Assembly (NCBI GenBank): GCA_019115845.1
Contig: DXCU01000004.1
Location: forward strand, 44,561-108,560
Reading direction: 5' to 3'
Length of the DNA: 64,000 nt
DNA from: Candidatus Rubneribacter avistercoris
Lineage (GTDB): Bacteria; Actinomycetota; Coriobacteriia; Coriobacteriales; Eggerthellaceae
The position numbers and the translations under genes are program-made. Shown here piece by piece: positions 17,412 through 27,574 of the stretch. Numbering within the stretch: the first letter of the stretch is position 1; every line of letters starts with the position of its first letter. Below the pieces are notes generated by a model, which was not told the origin of the DNA, did not search any database, and saw only the letters and a list, made by a program, of their open reading frames with translations.

Positions 17412-18380
17412 GTGCTCGACGTCGCGCTCACCATACCCTACTGGCTCGAGCTTGCCGCCACCGTCTCCGGCGCGCTGTTCGGCGCGCTCAGCGCGGTGCG
17501 GGCGCGCTACGACATCTTCGGCGTGTCGTGCATCGCCATCGTAACGGGGCTGGCCGGCGGCATCATGCGCGACATCCTCATGCAGGACTACGGCATTTAC
17601 GCGTTCCAAAAGCCCACCCTCATCGTGTCGTGCGTGGCTGCGGGCATCACCGTGTTCTACCTGGGCAAGCTGGCGACCTACCTGGATCCGGCCATGGACC
17701 TTCTGGACAACCTGTCGGTGGCGCTGTGGTCCATCATCGGCACGGGCAAGGCGCTGTCGGCCGGGCTCGATCCGGTGCCGGCCGTCATCCTGGGCACCAT
17801 CACGGCCAACGGCGGCGGCATCGTGCGCGACATCTGCATGAACCGCGAACCCGAGGCGTTCCAGGCGGGCTCGCTGTACGTGAGCGCGGCGCTTCTGGGC
17901 TGCATCGCCTACGCCGCCATGCGCACGAACCACATCCTGGACCAGTACGCGGCCCTCACCTGCGTCGTGTTGGTGCTGGGAGTCCGCTACGCCTCGCTGT
18001 TCTTCGGCTGGCGCACCAGAGAGCCCAAGGACTACTCCGACGTGGTGGCAAACGCGGTGTCACGCCCGGTGAAGTCGGTGGCGCGCCGCGTCCGCCCACC
18101 GAAGGGGAAGGTCGAGCGTGAACGCGAGCGCAGCAGCGCCTACGCCAAGCTGCGCCGGCTGTGGCGCACGCCGGGAAAGACCTCGCCCCTGCCGACCATC
18201 GACGCTGACGAGGGCGCTGCCGTGAAGAGCGCGCCGCCGCCCGCAGCCAAGGAAGCGAAGGCGAGCGACCCCAGCGACCGCATCGTCGTGGACCGGGAAG
18301 AGCTCCATCGCTTCATGGAGGGCGCCGGAGGGCACGAGGAACCCGAGCAGCTGCGCGACCCCTTCGAACCGCGCAGCTGA
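17412..18380 (+). CDS. TRIC/UPF0126 family cation channel protein with a charged C-terminal extension
   Basis: GTG start. Two UPF0126 repeats carry the Gly-rich motifs (TGLAGGIMRDIL and TANGGGIVRDIC). An extra hydrophilic tail of about 110 aa follows. Confidence 0.8.
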   Translation: MLDVALTIPYWLELAATVSGALFGALSAVRARYDIFGVSCIAIVTGLAGGIMRDILMQDYGIYAFQKPTLIVSCVAAGITVFYLGKLATYLDPAMDLLDNLSVALWSIIGTGKALSAGLDPVPAVILGTITANGGGIVRDICMNREPEAFQAGSLYVSAALLGCIAYAAMRTNHILDQYAALTCVVLVLGVRYASLFFGWRTREPKDYSDVVANAVSRPVKSVARRVRPPKGKVERERERSSAYAKLRRLWRTPGKTSPLPTIDADEGAAVKSAPPPAAKEAKASDPSDRIVVDREELHRFMEGAGGHEEPEQLRDPFEPRS

Positions 18381-18385
18381 GAAGG

Positions 18386-18409
18386 CCCGCCGAGCCGCAG
18401 GTCGGCGGG
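18386..18409 (+). terminator. possible stem-loop downstream of the TRIC gene
   Basis: cccgccga-gccgcagg-tcggcggg (8-bp stem) starts 6 nt after the stop. Only a weak T tract follows (tgggctttc). Confidence 0.3.
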
Positions 18410-18529
18410 TGGGCTTTCGAGCGGACGCACCAGAAGCGGCGGGCGGGCGCCCTGCACGTTGCAGCGCAGCTGGAGGCGGCGGGCGGGCGCGTTACGCGTT
18501 GCAGGCGCGTCCGAAAGCGGGCAAGCGCG

Positions 18530-19159
18530 CTACACGTTTTTCAGCAAAACGGTGTTCATGGTGTCGGCCACGTTCTCGCACGCGTCGCAGCAGCGCTCCA
18601 TCCGGTCGAAGATCTGCGACCACACCAGCACGCGCATGGGGTTTTCCTTGTCGTGCGTGTGGAGCTTGCGCGTGACGTGCATGTACAGCTGGTCGGCCTC
18701 CTCTTCGTAGGTGTTCACGTCCACGATCAGCTGCTTGAACTTCTTGGACTTCTTGAAGTTGCGGAAGTCCTCCATGGCCTTGTCCAAAGCCTCGCAGCTC
18801 TTCTTGATGAGGCAGGCGAACTCCAACGCGTCGTGGTGCATGAAATGGACGTCGTACATGTAGAAGCGCTGCATGACGTCCTCGATGAAGTCCACGATGT
18901 TGTCCAGGCGCTGGGACAGCTCGATGATGTCCTCGCGCTCGATGGGCGTGATGAAGTCGGTGGCGACCGTCTTCAGGATGGCGTGGTTGATCTCGTCGCC
19001 CTCGTGCTCCAGCTCGTGGGCGCGCTCCATCACCTCTTTCAGCTTCTCCGCCTCCGTGAACTTCTCCACCGCCTCTATCAGCAGATCGGCCTCCTGCACC
19101 GCCAGCTTCGTCTGCTTTTCAAACGCGTCGAAGTAGTCGAACTTGTGCTTCTTGCCCAT
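18530..19159 (-). CDS. DUF47 (PhoU-like, YkaA-type) phosphate-transport-regulator family protein
   Basis: 209 aa: MGKKHKFDYFDAFEKQ....HELEHEGDEI...TPIEREDI..L...LD.I.D........ This is the canonical DUF47 layout. No adjacent Pit transporter is present. Confidence 0.85.
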   Translation of the reverse strand: MGKKHKFDYFDAFEKQTKLAVQEADLLIEAVEKFTEAEKLKEVMERAHELEHEGDEINHAILKTVATDFITPIEREDIIELSQRLDNIVDFIEDVMQRFYMYDVHFMHHDALEFACLIKKSCEALDKAMEDFRNFKKSKKFKQLIVDVNTYEEEADQLYMHVTRKLHTHDKENPMRVLVWSQIFDRMERCCDACENVADTMNTVLLKNV

Positions 19160-19599
19160 GGGGCCTCCTTACAAGAACAGCAAGTACACGCAAGCGGCAC
19201 GGCCGGCCGCGCCGGCGAAAGCCCAAAAGCCTGCAAATCATCAGTTTAACGTAATTTCAGCTTTGCGAAAGGGGATGGGCGCGCTTTTCGCAGATCGGGG
19301 CGTTCGCGCGCCGAAAAGGTTGATTGAATCCGGAAACCGGATGAGCGTCCAGGTTGCGGCCCAATCAAGGCGCACATCAAAAAAAGGGCGCGGCACGGCA
19401 CCCCGCGAAGCACCGCGCCCCGCCCGCGCGCTTTCCTCGAAAGCGCAGGTCAATCCAGCCGCAACGCGCAATGCGGCCAGCGGCGTCCCCGCTCGCAAAC
19501 CGCCCGCCGCAACGCGGACAACTCCCTCGCAAGCCGCCCATCGCGATGCGGGGAAACCCCTTGAAACCCCCGGTGCCGTCGCAAGCGCCGCGGCACGCA

Positions 19600-19608
19600 T
19601 GGTAGACT
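19600..19608 (+). promoter_or_regulatory. possible extended -10 (TGGTAGACT) upstream of the MFS gene
   Basis: Located 42 nt upstream of the ATG at 19650. Pattern only. Confidence 0.25.
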
Positions 19609-19649
19609 GAAAGCAATTTGATGGGATTTCCACGGGGGAGGGAATCAAC

Positions 19650-20801
19650 ATGAGATCACGCGTGCAGCTGGCCTTGCAAACCGCGGACCTGACGGCGGCG
19701 TTCATGGCATGGGTGATCCTGTCCTCGCTGCTTCCCTACATCAGACAGGACGTGTTCGTCCCCCCGGAGCACGTGGCGCTTGCGACGGCCGTCCCCGTGG
19801 TGCTGGGAAGCATCCTGCGCATCCCGTTCGGATACTGCGCCAACCTGTTCGGGGCGCGGGCGGTGTTCTCGGCCAGCTTCGTCGCGCTGCTGGCGCCCGT
19901 CTGGTTTTTGAGCGAGGCAACCACGTACCAGGACCTCCTCGTCGGCGGCACGTTTCTGGGCATTGCGGGCGCCGTGTTCTCGGTGGGCGTCACCTCCCTG
20001 CCGAAGTACTTCCCCAAAAAGCGGCAGGGCTTTGCGAACGGCGTGTACGGATTCGGCAACGTGGGCACGGCGCTGACCGCCTACCTGGCGCCCGTCGCCG
20101 CCGTCGCCTTGGGCTGGCGGGGCGCCGTCAAGCTGTATTTGGTGCTGCTGGCCGCCTTTGCCCTGGCCAACCTGGTGCTGGGGGATCGCGACGAACCCCG
20201 CGTGAGAACGCCCCTCGCACGGCAGATGCGCGCGGTGGCGCGCGACGGGCGGCTCTGGACGCTGTCGCTTTTCTACTTCGTGACGTTCGGGGCGTTCGTG
20301 GCGCTGACCGTGTACCTGCCAAGCCTCCTCACGTTGCACTACGGCCTGGACGGCGTGACGGCGGGCGCGGCCACCTCCGCGTTCGTGGCGTCGGCGGCGC
20401 TTCTGCGCGTGCTGGGAGGGTGGCTGTCCGACCGGCTGAGCTGCTGCGCTATTCTGGCCTGCGTGTTCGCCGTTTTGGCAGCCGGAGCCGCCGTGCTTGC
20501 GGCCGCGCCCGGGCTGCCCGTGTTCCTGACGGGGATCTACCTGGTCGGCGCCGCATGCGGCATTGGCAACGGCGCGGTGTTCAAGCTGGTGCCCCTGCAC
20601 TTTGCCGAGAACGCCGGAACCGCCAACGGCATCGTGTCCATGTGGGGCGGTTTGGGAGGGTTCTTCCCTCCCCTCGTGCTGTCGGCCTCTTCGCTCCTGA
20701 CCGGGACGAACGCGCCCGGCCTGGCGTTGTTCGGGGTGTTTTCGCTTGCGTGCCTGGCTCTGACGCTGGCAATGCGCCGTCGCGAACGGGCGGGTAGCTA
20801 G
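19650..20801 (+). CDS. MFS transporter (nitrate/nitrite-porter-like or related anion MFS)
   Basis: 383 aa with about 12 TM helices. The RBS GGGGGAGGG lies upstream. Blocks such as ..GSILRIPFGY..LFGAR.. and ..GFGNVGTA.. are typical of NNP/OFA-type MFS proteins. Confidence 0.8.
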   Translation: MRSRVQLALQTADLTAAFMAWVILSSLLPYIRQDVFVPPEHVALATAVPVVLGSILRIPFGYCANLFGARAVFSASFVALLAPVWFLSEATTYQDLLVGGTFLGIAGAVFSVGVTSLPKYFPKKRQGFANGVYGFGNVGTALTAYLAPVAAVALGWRGAVKLYLVLLAAFALANLVLGDRDEPRVRTPLARQMRAVARDGRLWTLSLFYFVTFGAFVALTVYLPSLLTLHYGLDGVTAGAATSAFVASAALLRVLGGWLSDRLSCCAILACVFAVLAAGAAVLAAAPGLPVFLTGIYLVGAACGIGNGAVFKLVPLHFAENAGTANGIVSMWGGLGGFFPPLVLSASSLLTGTNAPGLALFGVFSLACLALTLAMRRRERAGS

Positions 20802-20971
20802 CAGGATCGACGCAAGACGGATGCCCCATCGCGAACGCTCCGCTCGCACGCCCACGTCCAGGCCCGCGCGCCGCCCGAGCCCGCACCCGTGTCCGGACCC
20901 GTGCCCGGGCACCGCCCGGACCCAAGCCCGCACGCGCCCGGATCCCGCGCATCGCCCGCGCCCCGACACCC

Positions 20972-21631
20972 CTACGCGTAGTAGGCGAACACGCGCTTGC
21001 GTTCGGCGCCGATGGTGGTCAGGGCCTCGTGCCCCGGCAGCACCACCGTCTCGTCCGGCAGGACCGCCAGCCGCTTGAGCGAATGGCGCATGGCGTCCAT
21101 GCTGCCGCCCGGGAAGTCCGTGCGCCCGATGGTGCCGCAAAACAGCGTGTCGCCCGACACGAGCACGGGCGCGCCCGCCGGATCCGTTCCGAACCGGGGA
21201 TCCAAGAACAGGCAGATGCAGCCCTCGGTGTGCCCCGGCGTCAGGATGACCTTCCACGGCATGTTCCCTATCTTGAGGATGTCCCCATCGCCCACCAGGT
21301 GGTCGACCGGGCACGGCTCGAACCGCTCGTCGGCCGGCTGCGCGGTGCCGTCGATGGCCGGCGCGTCCACCGCCGAGGCGATGACCAGGGCCCCGGTCCT
21401 ATCACGCAGCGCCTTGGCGGCGCCCACGTGATCGTGATGCCGGTGCGTGAGCACGATGGCGTCGATGGAGCGCCCGCCTGCCGCCGCCAAGATCTCATCG
21501 GGTTCGCACGACGGGTCCACCACGATGGTGGCCGCTCCGTCGGAGATGAGGTACACGTTGTTGCCCAGCATGCCCAGCGTCACGTACTCAACGGGCACGC
21601 ACGTCCCTTCCGCTTTCTTCACTTCGGCCAT
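20972..21631 (-). CDS. MBL-fold metallo-hydrolase (glyoxalase II-like)
   Basis: It has the HxHxDH motif (THRHHDHVG), a downstream TPGHTEG, and D..F.G..GR...PGGS. Confidence 0.85.
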   Translation of the reverse strand: MAEVKKAEGTCVPVEYVTLGMLGNNVYLISDGAATIVVDPSCEPDEILAAAGGRSIDAIVLTHRHHDHVGAAKALRDRTGALVIASAVDAPAIDGTAQPADERFEPCPVDHLVGDGDILKIGNMPWKVILTPGHTEGCICLFLDPRFGTDPAGAPVLVSGDTLFCGTIGRTDFPGGSMDAMRHSLKRLAVLPDETVVLPGHEALTTIGAERKRVFAYYA

Positions 21632-21677
21632 GGAAAACGTCCTCTCTGTTGTCTTTCGCCTCGCGCCCGCGCCGCCG

Positions 21678-24071
21678 TCAGGACTGCGGGGCCTTCTTCC
21701 CGCCCAGCTTGGGCACCATGCGCCGCGCGTCGAACACGCCCTCGATGGCGCGCAGCTTGTCCAGCACCACGTCTATGTGGCCGACGTCGGACACCTGGAA
21801 CAAAAAGCGCATCTCGGCCATGCCGTCGCGATGCGCCGTCACCGAGCACGACAGCACGTTGGCGCCCATGTCGGACAGGACCACCGTCACGTCGCGCAGC
21901 AGGTTCATGCGGTCGAGCGCGTCAAGGAACACCTCCACCTTGAACGAGGTGTTCTTGGGCAGGTCGCGCTCCCATGCCACGTCGATGATGCGCTCGGGCG
22001 ATTGCTTGAGGTCGGCCGCGTTCGGGCAGTCGGCACGGTGCACCGACACGCCGCGCCCGCGCGTGACGAACCCGAGGATCTCGTCGCCCGGCACGGGGTT
22101 GCAGCAGCGCGACAGGCGCACCAGCACGTCGTCCACGCCTTTGACCACCACGCCGTTGGACGTGTGGGCCTCGTGCTTCTTCGGCGCCTTCACGCTGGTG
22201 AGCATGGGCGGCATCTTGCCGGTGGACATGTTGCCCGCCACCAGATCCAGCGCGCCCTCGGCCTCGTTGCCCTTGTCCACCAGGATCTTGAGCAGGCGGT
22301 TGCCCACGTGCTGGGCGCTTTCCTTGCCCGTGCCGATGTGCACCAGCATGTCGTCGGCGTCGTTGTAGCCCAGGTGGTCGGCCACCGTCTTGAGCGCGCG
22401 CATGGACTGCGCGCTCGAGATGCCCAGCCCGTGCTTGCGCATCTCGCGGGTCAGGCGGTCGCGGCCGTTTTGCAAGTCGTCGCCGCGGCTCGCCTTGCTG
22501 AAGAACGAGCGGATCTTGCTGCGGGCGCTCGGCGTCTTCACCATGGTGAGCCAGTCGCGCGAGGGGCTTGCGCTTTTCTGCGTGAGTATCTCCACGCGAT
22601 CGCCCAGCTGCAGCTCGTAGGACAGCGGCACGATAGCGCCGTTCACCTTCGCCCCCACGCAGTGGTTGCCCACCTCCGTGTGGATGGCGTAGGCGAAATC
22701 CACGGGCGTCGATCCGGCGCGCAGGCTCATGACCTCGCCCTTCGGCGTGAACACGAACACCTCCGTGGGCGCGAGGTCCACCTTGAGGTCCTTGAGGAAC
22801 TCGCGGGAGTCCTGCGTCTCGTCCTGCCAGTCCACCATCTGGCGCAGCCACGCCAGCTGCTGGTCGAGCGCGTCTCCGCCCCGGCCGCCCTTCTCCTTGT
22901 AGCGCCAGTGGGCCGCCACGCCGTACTCGCTTTGCCGATGCATCTCCTCCGTGCGGATCTGCACCTCAAGCGGCCGGCCCGCCGGCCCGATGACCGTGGT
23001 GTGCAGGCTTTGGTACATGTTGAACTTGGGCATGGCGATGTAGTCTTTGAAGCGGCCGGGCATGGGATGCCACAGCGTGTGCACCGCGCCCAAGGCCGAG
23101 TAGCAGTCGCGCACCGTCTTCACGATGACGCGCACGGCAATGAGGTCGTAGATCTCCGAGAAGCCCTTGCCCTTCTTGGTCATCTTCTGGTAGATGGAGT
23201 AGAGGTGCTTGGGACGGCCCATGATCTGCGCCTGGATGCTCACCTTGTCCATTTCCTGGTGCAGGATGGATATGACCTGGTCAAGGTATCCCTCCCGCTC
23301 GGAGCGGCTTTCGGTGACCATGCGGGAGACCTGCTTGAACTTGTTCGGCTCCAGATAGTAGAACGACAGGTCCTCAAGCTCCCACTTGATGGAGTTGATC
23401 CCTAAGCGATGCGCGATGGGCGCGTAGATCTCCAGCGTCTCGCGCGCCTTGAAGATGCGGCGATCCTCGCGCAGGGCGCCCAAGGTGCGCATGTTGTGCA
23501 GGCGGTCGGCCAGCTTGATGACGATGACGCGGATGTCCTTGCTCATGGCCACGAACATCTTGCGGATGGTGGCCGCCTGCTTGTCGGAGAGGCTCTCCAC
23601 TTCGATGCGCGTGATCTTGGTGACGCCCTCCACCAGGTAGGCCACCTGATCGTTGAACTCGCGCGCCACCAGATCGGCGGTCACCTCGGTGTCCTCCACC
23701 GTGTCGTGCAGAAGCGCCGCTATGAGCGTCTCCACATCCATGTGCAAATCGGCCAGGATGATGGACACCTCCACCGGATGCGCCACGAAAGGCTCGCCGC
23801 TTTTGCGGCACTGCCCCTCGTGCGCGTCGCTTGCGAAGCGGAACGCCTTGGCAAGCAGCGCCTCGTCGTCTGCGGACAGGTACGTCGAGGTGAGCCGCTG
23901 CAGCTCGGCGAACCGCTCCTCGGGAGTGTTCGTGCCCTGGCCGGAGCGCTTCGCCTCGGGCGCGAACGACTTCTCCGCCACGTGCGGGCGGCCCAGGCTG
24001 TCCTCGACCGTCTGGCGGGGCGACCCCTCAAGGGCCTCGCCCAACAGCTCTTCGCGATGCTCCTTAGCCAT
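21678..24071 (-). CDS. relA: bifunctional (p)ppGpp synthetase/hydrolase RelA/SpoT
   Basis: 797 aa with an HD hydrolase block (HPVEV..IL.....D..TL.AALLHDTVEDT), a synthetase block (YRSLHT-type: YQSLHTTVIG), and TGS and ACT-like C-terminal regions. It overlaps the recJ-like stop by 8 nt. Confidence 0.95.
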   Translation of the reverse strand: MAKEHREELLGEALEGSPRQTVEDSLGRPHVAEKSFAPEAKRSGQGTNTPEERFAELQRLTSTYLSADDEALLAKAFRFASDAHEGQCRKSGEPFVAHPVEVSIILADLHMDVETLIAALLHDTVEDTEVTADLVAREFNDQVAYLVEGVTKITRIEVESLSDKQAATIRKMFVAMSKDIRVIVIKLADRLHNMRTLGALREDRRIFKARETLEIYAPIAHRLGINSIKWELEDLSFYYLEPNKFKQVSRMVTESRSEREGYLDQVISILHQEMDKVSIQAQIMGRPKHLYSIYQKMTKKGKGFSEIYDLIAVRVIVKTVRDCYSALGAVHTLWHPMPGRFKDYIAMPKFNMYQSLHTTVIGPAGRPLEVQIRTEEMHRQSEYGVAAHWRYKEKGGRGGDALDQQLAWLRQMVDWQDETQDSREFLKDLKVDLAPTEVFVFTPKGEVMSLRAGSTPVDFAYAIHTEVGNHCVGAKVNGAIVPLSYELQLGDRVEILTQKSASPSRDWLTMVKTPSARSKIRSFFSKASRGDDLQNGRDRLTREMRKHGLGISSAQSMRALKTVADHLGYNDADDMLVHIGTGKESAQHVGNRLLKILVDKGNEAEGALDLVAGNMSTGKMPPMLTSVKAPKKHEAHTSNGVVVKGVDDVLVRLSRCCNPVPGDEILGFVTRGRGVSVHRADCPNAADLKQSPERIIDVAWERDLPKNTSFKVEVFLDALDRMNLLRDVTVVLSDMGANVLSCSVTAHRDGMAEMRFLFQVSDVGHIDVVLDKLRAIEGVFDARRMVPKLGGKKAPQS

Positions 24072-27000
24072 CGACGGCCTCCTCTCGTTGCATGCCCGCC
24101 GCGGCCTTCCCCGGCAAAATGGGGCGGGAAAGACGCAAACGCAGGCTTTCGGAATCGCTTCTCATGGCCCAGTCCCGAAACGCATGGAATATCTCAAGCT
24201 CTCCCAGGCCCTCGCGGTAGCGCACGCTGTCGGTGAGCTCCACCTTGGACCGGGCCTCCAGCACGTGGATCGCGCGCGTCGCCCCGTCGGCGCGGCGCGC
24301 CGTGTGCGTTTCTATGAGCCCCAGCTCGCGGAACACCTCCACGCCGCAGGCCGCCGAGGCCGGGCTCACCGGGAACAGGTCCGTGCTGGCGGCGGCCGCC
24401 AAATCGGCGTCGCCCATGGCGAAGAACTCCTCGGCGCTGGCGCGCTGAAGGCTGCGCAGCTTGCGATACACCTGGGCCAGGCAATCGTGCCCGGGCGTCA
24501 TGTCGCGCAGAATGCGCTCGTTGATGGAGCAGTCGGCCCGCCCGAACAGAAAGTGGACGCACGCCCGCTGTCCATCGCGACCGGCGCGGCCGCTCATCTG
24601 GTTGAACTCTATCTCGTTGAAGGGAAGGTGGTAGAGCACCACATGGCGGATGTTGGGGATGTCCACGCCCTCCCCGAACGCGCTCGTGGCCACCAGCACG
24701 CTGAGCGCGTCGGTGCGGAACAGGTCCTCGATGCGCTTGCGCTCGCTGCGGGAGAGCCCCGCGTTGTAGAACCCGATGAGCGGGGCCGCCTGCGGCACGC
24801 GCTTGCGCAGGGCGCGCGCCACGGTCACCGACTGCTCGCGCGAGTTCACGTAGACCACGGTCTTCTCGCCGGTGGCCACCAGGTTCGCCAGGTAGTCGTC
24901 GCGGTTGCGCAGGTTGCGCTGGTCGTCCACCTGGAGGTTGGGACGGTCGGTTTCGTCGAGGACGCAGGCGTCCAGGGGAAGCTCGCGCTCGATGGCGGCG
25001 GCCGCCTCGTCGTCGGCCGTTGCCGTGAGGGCCAGCACCGCAGGCCGCCCGGAGCCGTCGGCGGAAACGGCGGATGCGGCGTCGCGGCCGACGCCCAGCT
25101 TCGCCAAGGCCGCGCCGATGGCCGCGTAGGCCGGACGCTGCCCCGCCCGCGCCATGCCGATGTGATGCGCCTCGTCCACCACCACGAAGCGCACGCGCCC
25201 TGCAGCCGCGAACTCCTCCGCATGCCACGCCAGAAACTCCGGGGTGGTCAGGGCGATGTCGTAGGCGCCGTCGGCCAGGCCCGCGAACGCCTGCCGGCGC
25301 TCCTCGGGCGTGCTCTCGCCCGTGAGCACCGTCACGCGCACGCCGAACGCGGCAAGCGCCTCGCGCAAATGGAACGCCTGGTCGGCGATGAGCGCGCGCA
25401 GCGGATACACGAACAGGCTGGCCTCGTGCCGCGCAAGCGCGCGCACGGCGGCGTGCACCTGGAAGGTGAGCGACTTGCCGCGCCCCGTGGCCATCACGCC
25501 GAGCACCGACCTGCCCTGCCTCAGGTGGTCGAGGATGGCCCGCTGCGCCTCGTGCAGCGGGCGGTCGCCGATGATGGCGCGCGCGACGGCGTCTTCAAGC
25601 CCCTCGGGGTCTTCGGCCGCCGCAGCTTCCCAGGCGGCGCGGCTCTGCTCCAAAGACGCTTCGTACGCCTCCACGGCGGCGGGGTCGTGCGGCGCGTCGG
25701 CCACCAGCTCGGCGTCGCTCGTGGCGTACAGGTCGGCCACGAAGCCCAGGTTTTCGGGGTTGAGGCAGGCCTCCAAGCCGCCGCAGGCGCGAGCGGGCGC
25801 AAGCGACTGCAGCATGGCCTTCACCGACTTGCGGCCGCGCCATTCGTCTATCTGCACCTCGAAAGCGGCGTTCACCACGCTGTCCGTGCGCATGAGCGTT
25901 TCGATGTCCGAGCAGTGGAACATGATGCCCGACACCGAGGCGCGGCCGTCTGTGAGCGAGCACGAGAAGTGGTTCTTCTCGGCGCCCACCGCGCGCGCGT
26001 TCGCAAGCGTCACGTTGCGCGCCAGGTACACGGGCACGGGGAACTCCTGGCCAAACGGCGCGAGCGCGTCCAGCTGCGCGACGCTTTCCAGCGTCAGCTC
26101 CCCCAGCTCAACGCATGCGTCGATGTTCACGAGCGGATGGAAGGCCCCCTCCGGCAGCTCGTCCAGGTAGGCGGCAAGGCGCCGCTCGAACTCGGGAAGG
26201 CGGTCGGCGGGCAGCGTCACGCCCACGGCCGCCTCGTGGCCTCCGAACCGCGTGAGCACGTCGGATGTGCTTTCCACGGCCTTGAACAGGTTCACCTGGC
26301 CCACGCTGCGGCCCGACCCGCGCGCCTCGTCGCCGTCGATGGTGAACAGCAGGCTGGGCACGCCGTAGGCGCTCACCAGGCGGCTGGCCACGATGCCCTT
26401 CACGCCCTCGTGCCAGCCCTCCCCCGCCACCACGAGCGCGCGCTGGCCGCGGTAGACGTCCGCGGCTTGGGCCTTCGCTATCTCCGAAAGCTCGGCCTCT
26501 ATGGCGCGGCGCTGGTCGTTCACAGCCTCCAGCTGGGAGGCCAGGCGCTGGGCCTCGGCCAGGTCGTCGGTCATGAGCAGGTCGAGCGCCAACTGCGCGT
26601 CCCCCATGCGGCCGGCGGCGTTGAGGCGCGGGATGACCGAGAAGCTGAGGTTCGTGGCGCTGACGGGCTTGTCGGCCGCGCCGGACGTGGCCAGGAGGGC
26701 GGCTATGCACGGGCGCGGAGCGGCGTTCATGCGCGCGACGCCGTCGGAGACGAGCGCGCGGTTCTCGCCGCGCATGGGCATGAGGTCGGCCACGGTGCCG
26801 AGCGTGGCGAAGTCGGTGAACTCGCGCCACAGGTGGGGCTTGCCCAGGCGGCCGCCCAGCACCTGCACAAGCTTGAGCGCCACGCCCACGCCGGCCAAGA
26901 TGGCGCTTCCGCAGGCGGGATCCAGCTTCGGGTCGGCCACGGGCACGCCTTCGGGCACGAGGTCGGCCGGCTCGTGGTGGTCGGTGACGGCCAGCCCCAG

Positions 27001-27477
27001 ACCGGCGTCCACCACCATGGCCGCCTCCTCCTTGCACGCAATGCCGCAGTCCACGGTCACGATGAAGTCCGGGCCGAGCGAGCACGCGCGCACGAAGGCG
27101 GCCTCGGAAAGCGCGTAGCCCTCTTCGAAGCGCAGCGGGATGAACGGCGTGGCCTGGGCGCCCAACGCGCGCAGGCCACGGGTGAGCACGGTGGTGGCCG
27201 AGATGCCGTCCAGGTCGAAGTCGCCGAACACGAGGATGTGGTCGCCGCGCTTCACGGCGGCCTCCAACGCGTCGGCCACCTCGGACAGGCCGGGGATGGC
27301 GTAAGGGTCCAGCCAGTCGCGCTCAAGCGACGGCGAGAGGAAGCGGCGCGCCTCGGCGGCGTCGGCTATGCCGCGCGCCGCCAGCGTGGCGGCCACGAAG
27401 CGCGGCAGGCCAAGCTCGCGCTGCAGGCGCGCAACCGATGCGGGGTCGGCCGCCTTGATGTTGAACTGGGCAGACAT
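24064..27477 (-). CDS. recJ: RecJ-like ssDNA exonuclease fused to a RecQ-family DEAH helicase (1137 aa)
   Basis: N-terminal DHH/DHHA1 motifs: ILVFGDFDLDGISA, TVDCG, AVTDHHEP, and GGH (RFGGHEAA). The C-terminal helicase has motif I MATGRGKSL, motif II VVVDEAHH, and motif VI QMSGRAGRDG. It is a single uninterrupted ORF. Confidence 0.85.
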   Translation of the reverse strand: MSAQFNIKAADPASVARLQRELGLPRFVAATLAARGIADAAEARRFLSPSLERDWLDPYAIPGLSEVADALEAAVKRGDHILVFGDFDLDGISATTVLTRGLRALGAQATPFIPLRFEEGYALSEAAFVRACSLGPDFIVTVDCGIACKEEAAMVVDAGLGLAVTDHHEPADLVPEGVPVADPKLDPACGSAILAGVGVALKLVQVLGGRLGKPHLWREFTDFATLGTVADLMPMRGENRALVSDGVARMNAAPRPCIAALLATSGAADKPVSATNLSFSVIPRLNAAGRMGDAQLALDLLMTDDLAEAQRLASQLEAVNDQRRAIEAELSEIAKAQAADVYRGQRALVVAGEGWHEGVKGIVASRLVSAYGVPSLLFTIDGDEARGSGRSVGQVNLFKAVESTSDVLTRFGGHEAAVGVTLPADRLPEFERRLAAYLDELPEGAFHPLVNIDACVELGELTLESVAQLDALAPFGQEFPVPVYLARNVTLANARAVGAEKNHFSCSLTDGRASVSGIMFHCSDIETLMRTDSVVNAAFEVQIDEWRGRKSVKAMLQSLAPARACGGLEACLNPENLGFVADLYATSDAELVADAPHDPAAVEAYEASLEQSRAAWEAAAAEDPEGLEDAVARAIIGDRPLHEAQRAILDHLRQGRSVLGVMATGRGKSLTFQVHAAVRALARHEASLFVYPLRALIADQAFHLREALAAFGVRVTVLTGESTPEERRQAFAGLADGAYDIALTTPEFLAWHAEEFAAAGRVRFVVVDEAHHIGMARAGQRPAYAAIGAALAKLGVGRDAASAVSADGSGRPAVLALTATADDEAAAAIERELPLDACVLDETDRPNLQVDDQRNLRNRDDYLANLVATGEKTVVYVNSREQSVTVARALRKRVPQAAPLIGFYNAGLSRSERKRIEDLFRTDALSVLVATSAFGEGVDIPNIRHVVLYHLPFNEIEFNQMSGRAGRDGQRACVHFLFGRADCSINERILRDMTPGHDCLAQVYRKLRSLQRASAEEFFAMGDADLAAAASTDLFPVSPASAACGVEVFRELGLIETHTARRADGATRAIHVLEARSKVELTDSVRYREGLGELEIFHAFRDWAMRSDSESLRLRLSRPILPGKAAAGMQREEAVDG

Positions 27478-27574
27478 GGGTCCGGTACCTCACATGCGAG
27501 AGACGTTGTTCGTTCGTCTGCCATTGTCCCACAATCAGGGGGCGGTGTCACCGGGAATCGCCCGGCGGCGCAAA

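Noticed and set aside
16206-17933. The N-terminal ~575 codons of the 983-aa minus-strand ORF 14982..17933.
   Set aside because: Only the last ~408-428 codons match the UMF1-type MFS family. The upstream part is antisense to the well-supported PLC-like (16329..17405) and TRIC (17412..18380) genes and has shadow-ORF composition.
18530-19159. DUF47 gene without its usual Pit phosphate-transporter partner, considered as a pseudo-operon or deletion scar.
   Set aside because: The ORF is intact with a good start context. Stand-alone DUF47 genes occur, and there is no Pit fragment in the flanking 150-490 bp.
19310-19370. TTGATTG...CAATCAA inverted repeat with an inner hairpin in the DUF47/MFS divergent spacer, considered as an FNR/CRP-type site.
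   Set aside because: The half-sites are about 36 nt apart, not the 4-6 nt spacing of FNR/CRP boxes. No second copy is present in the window.
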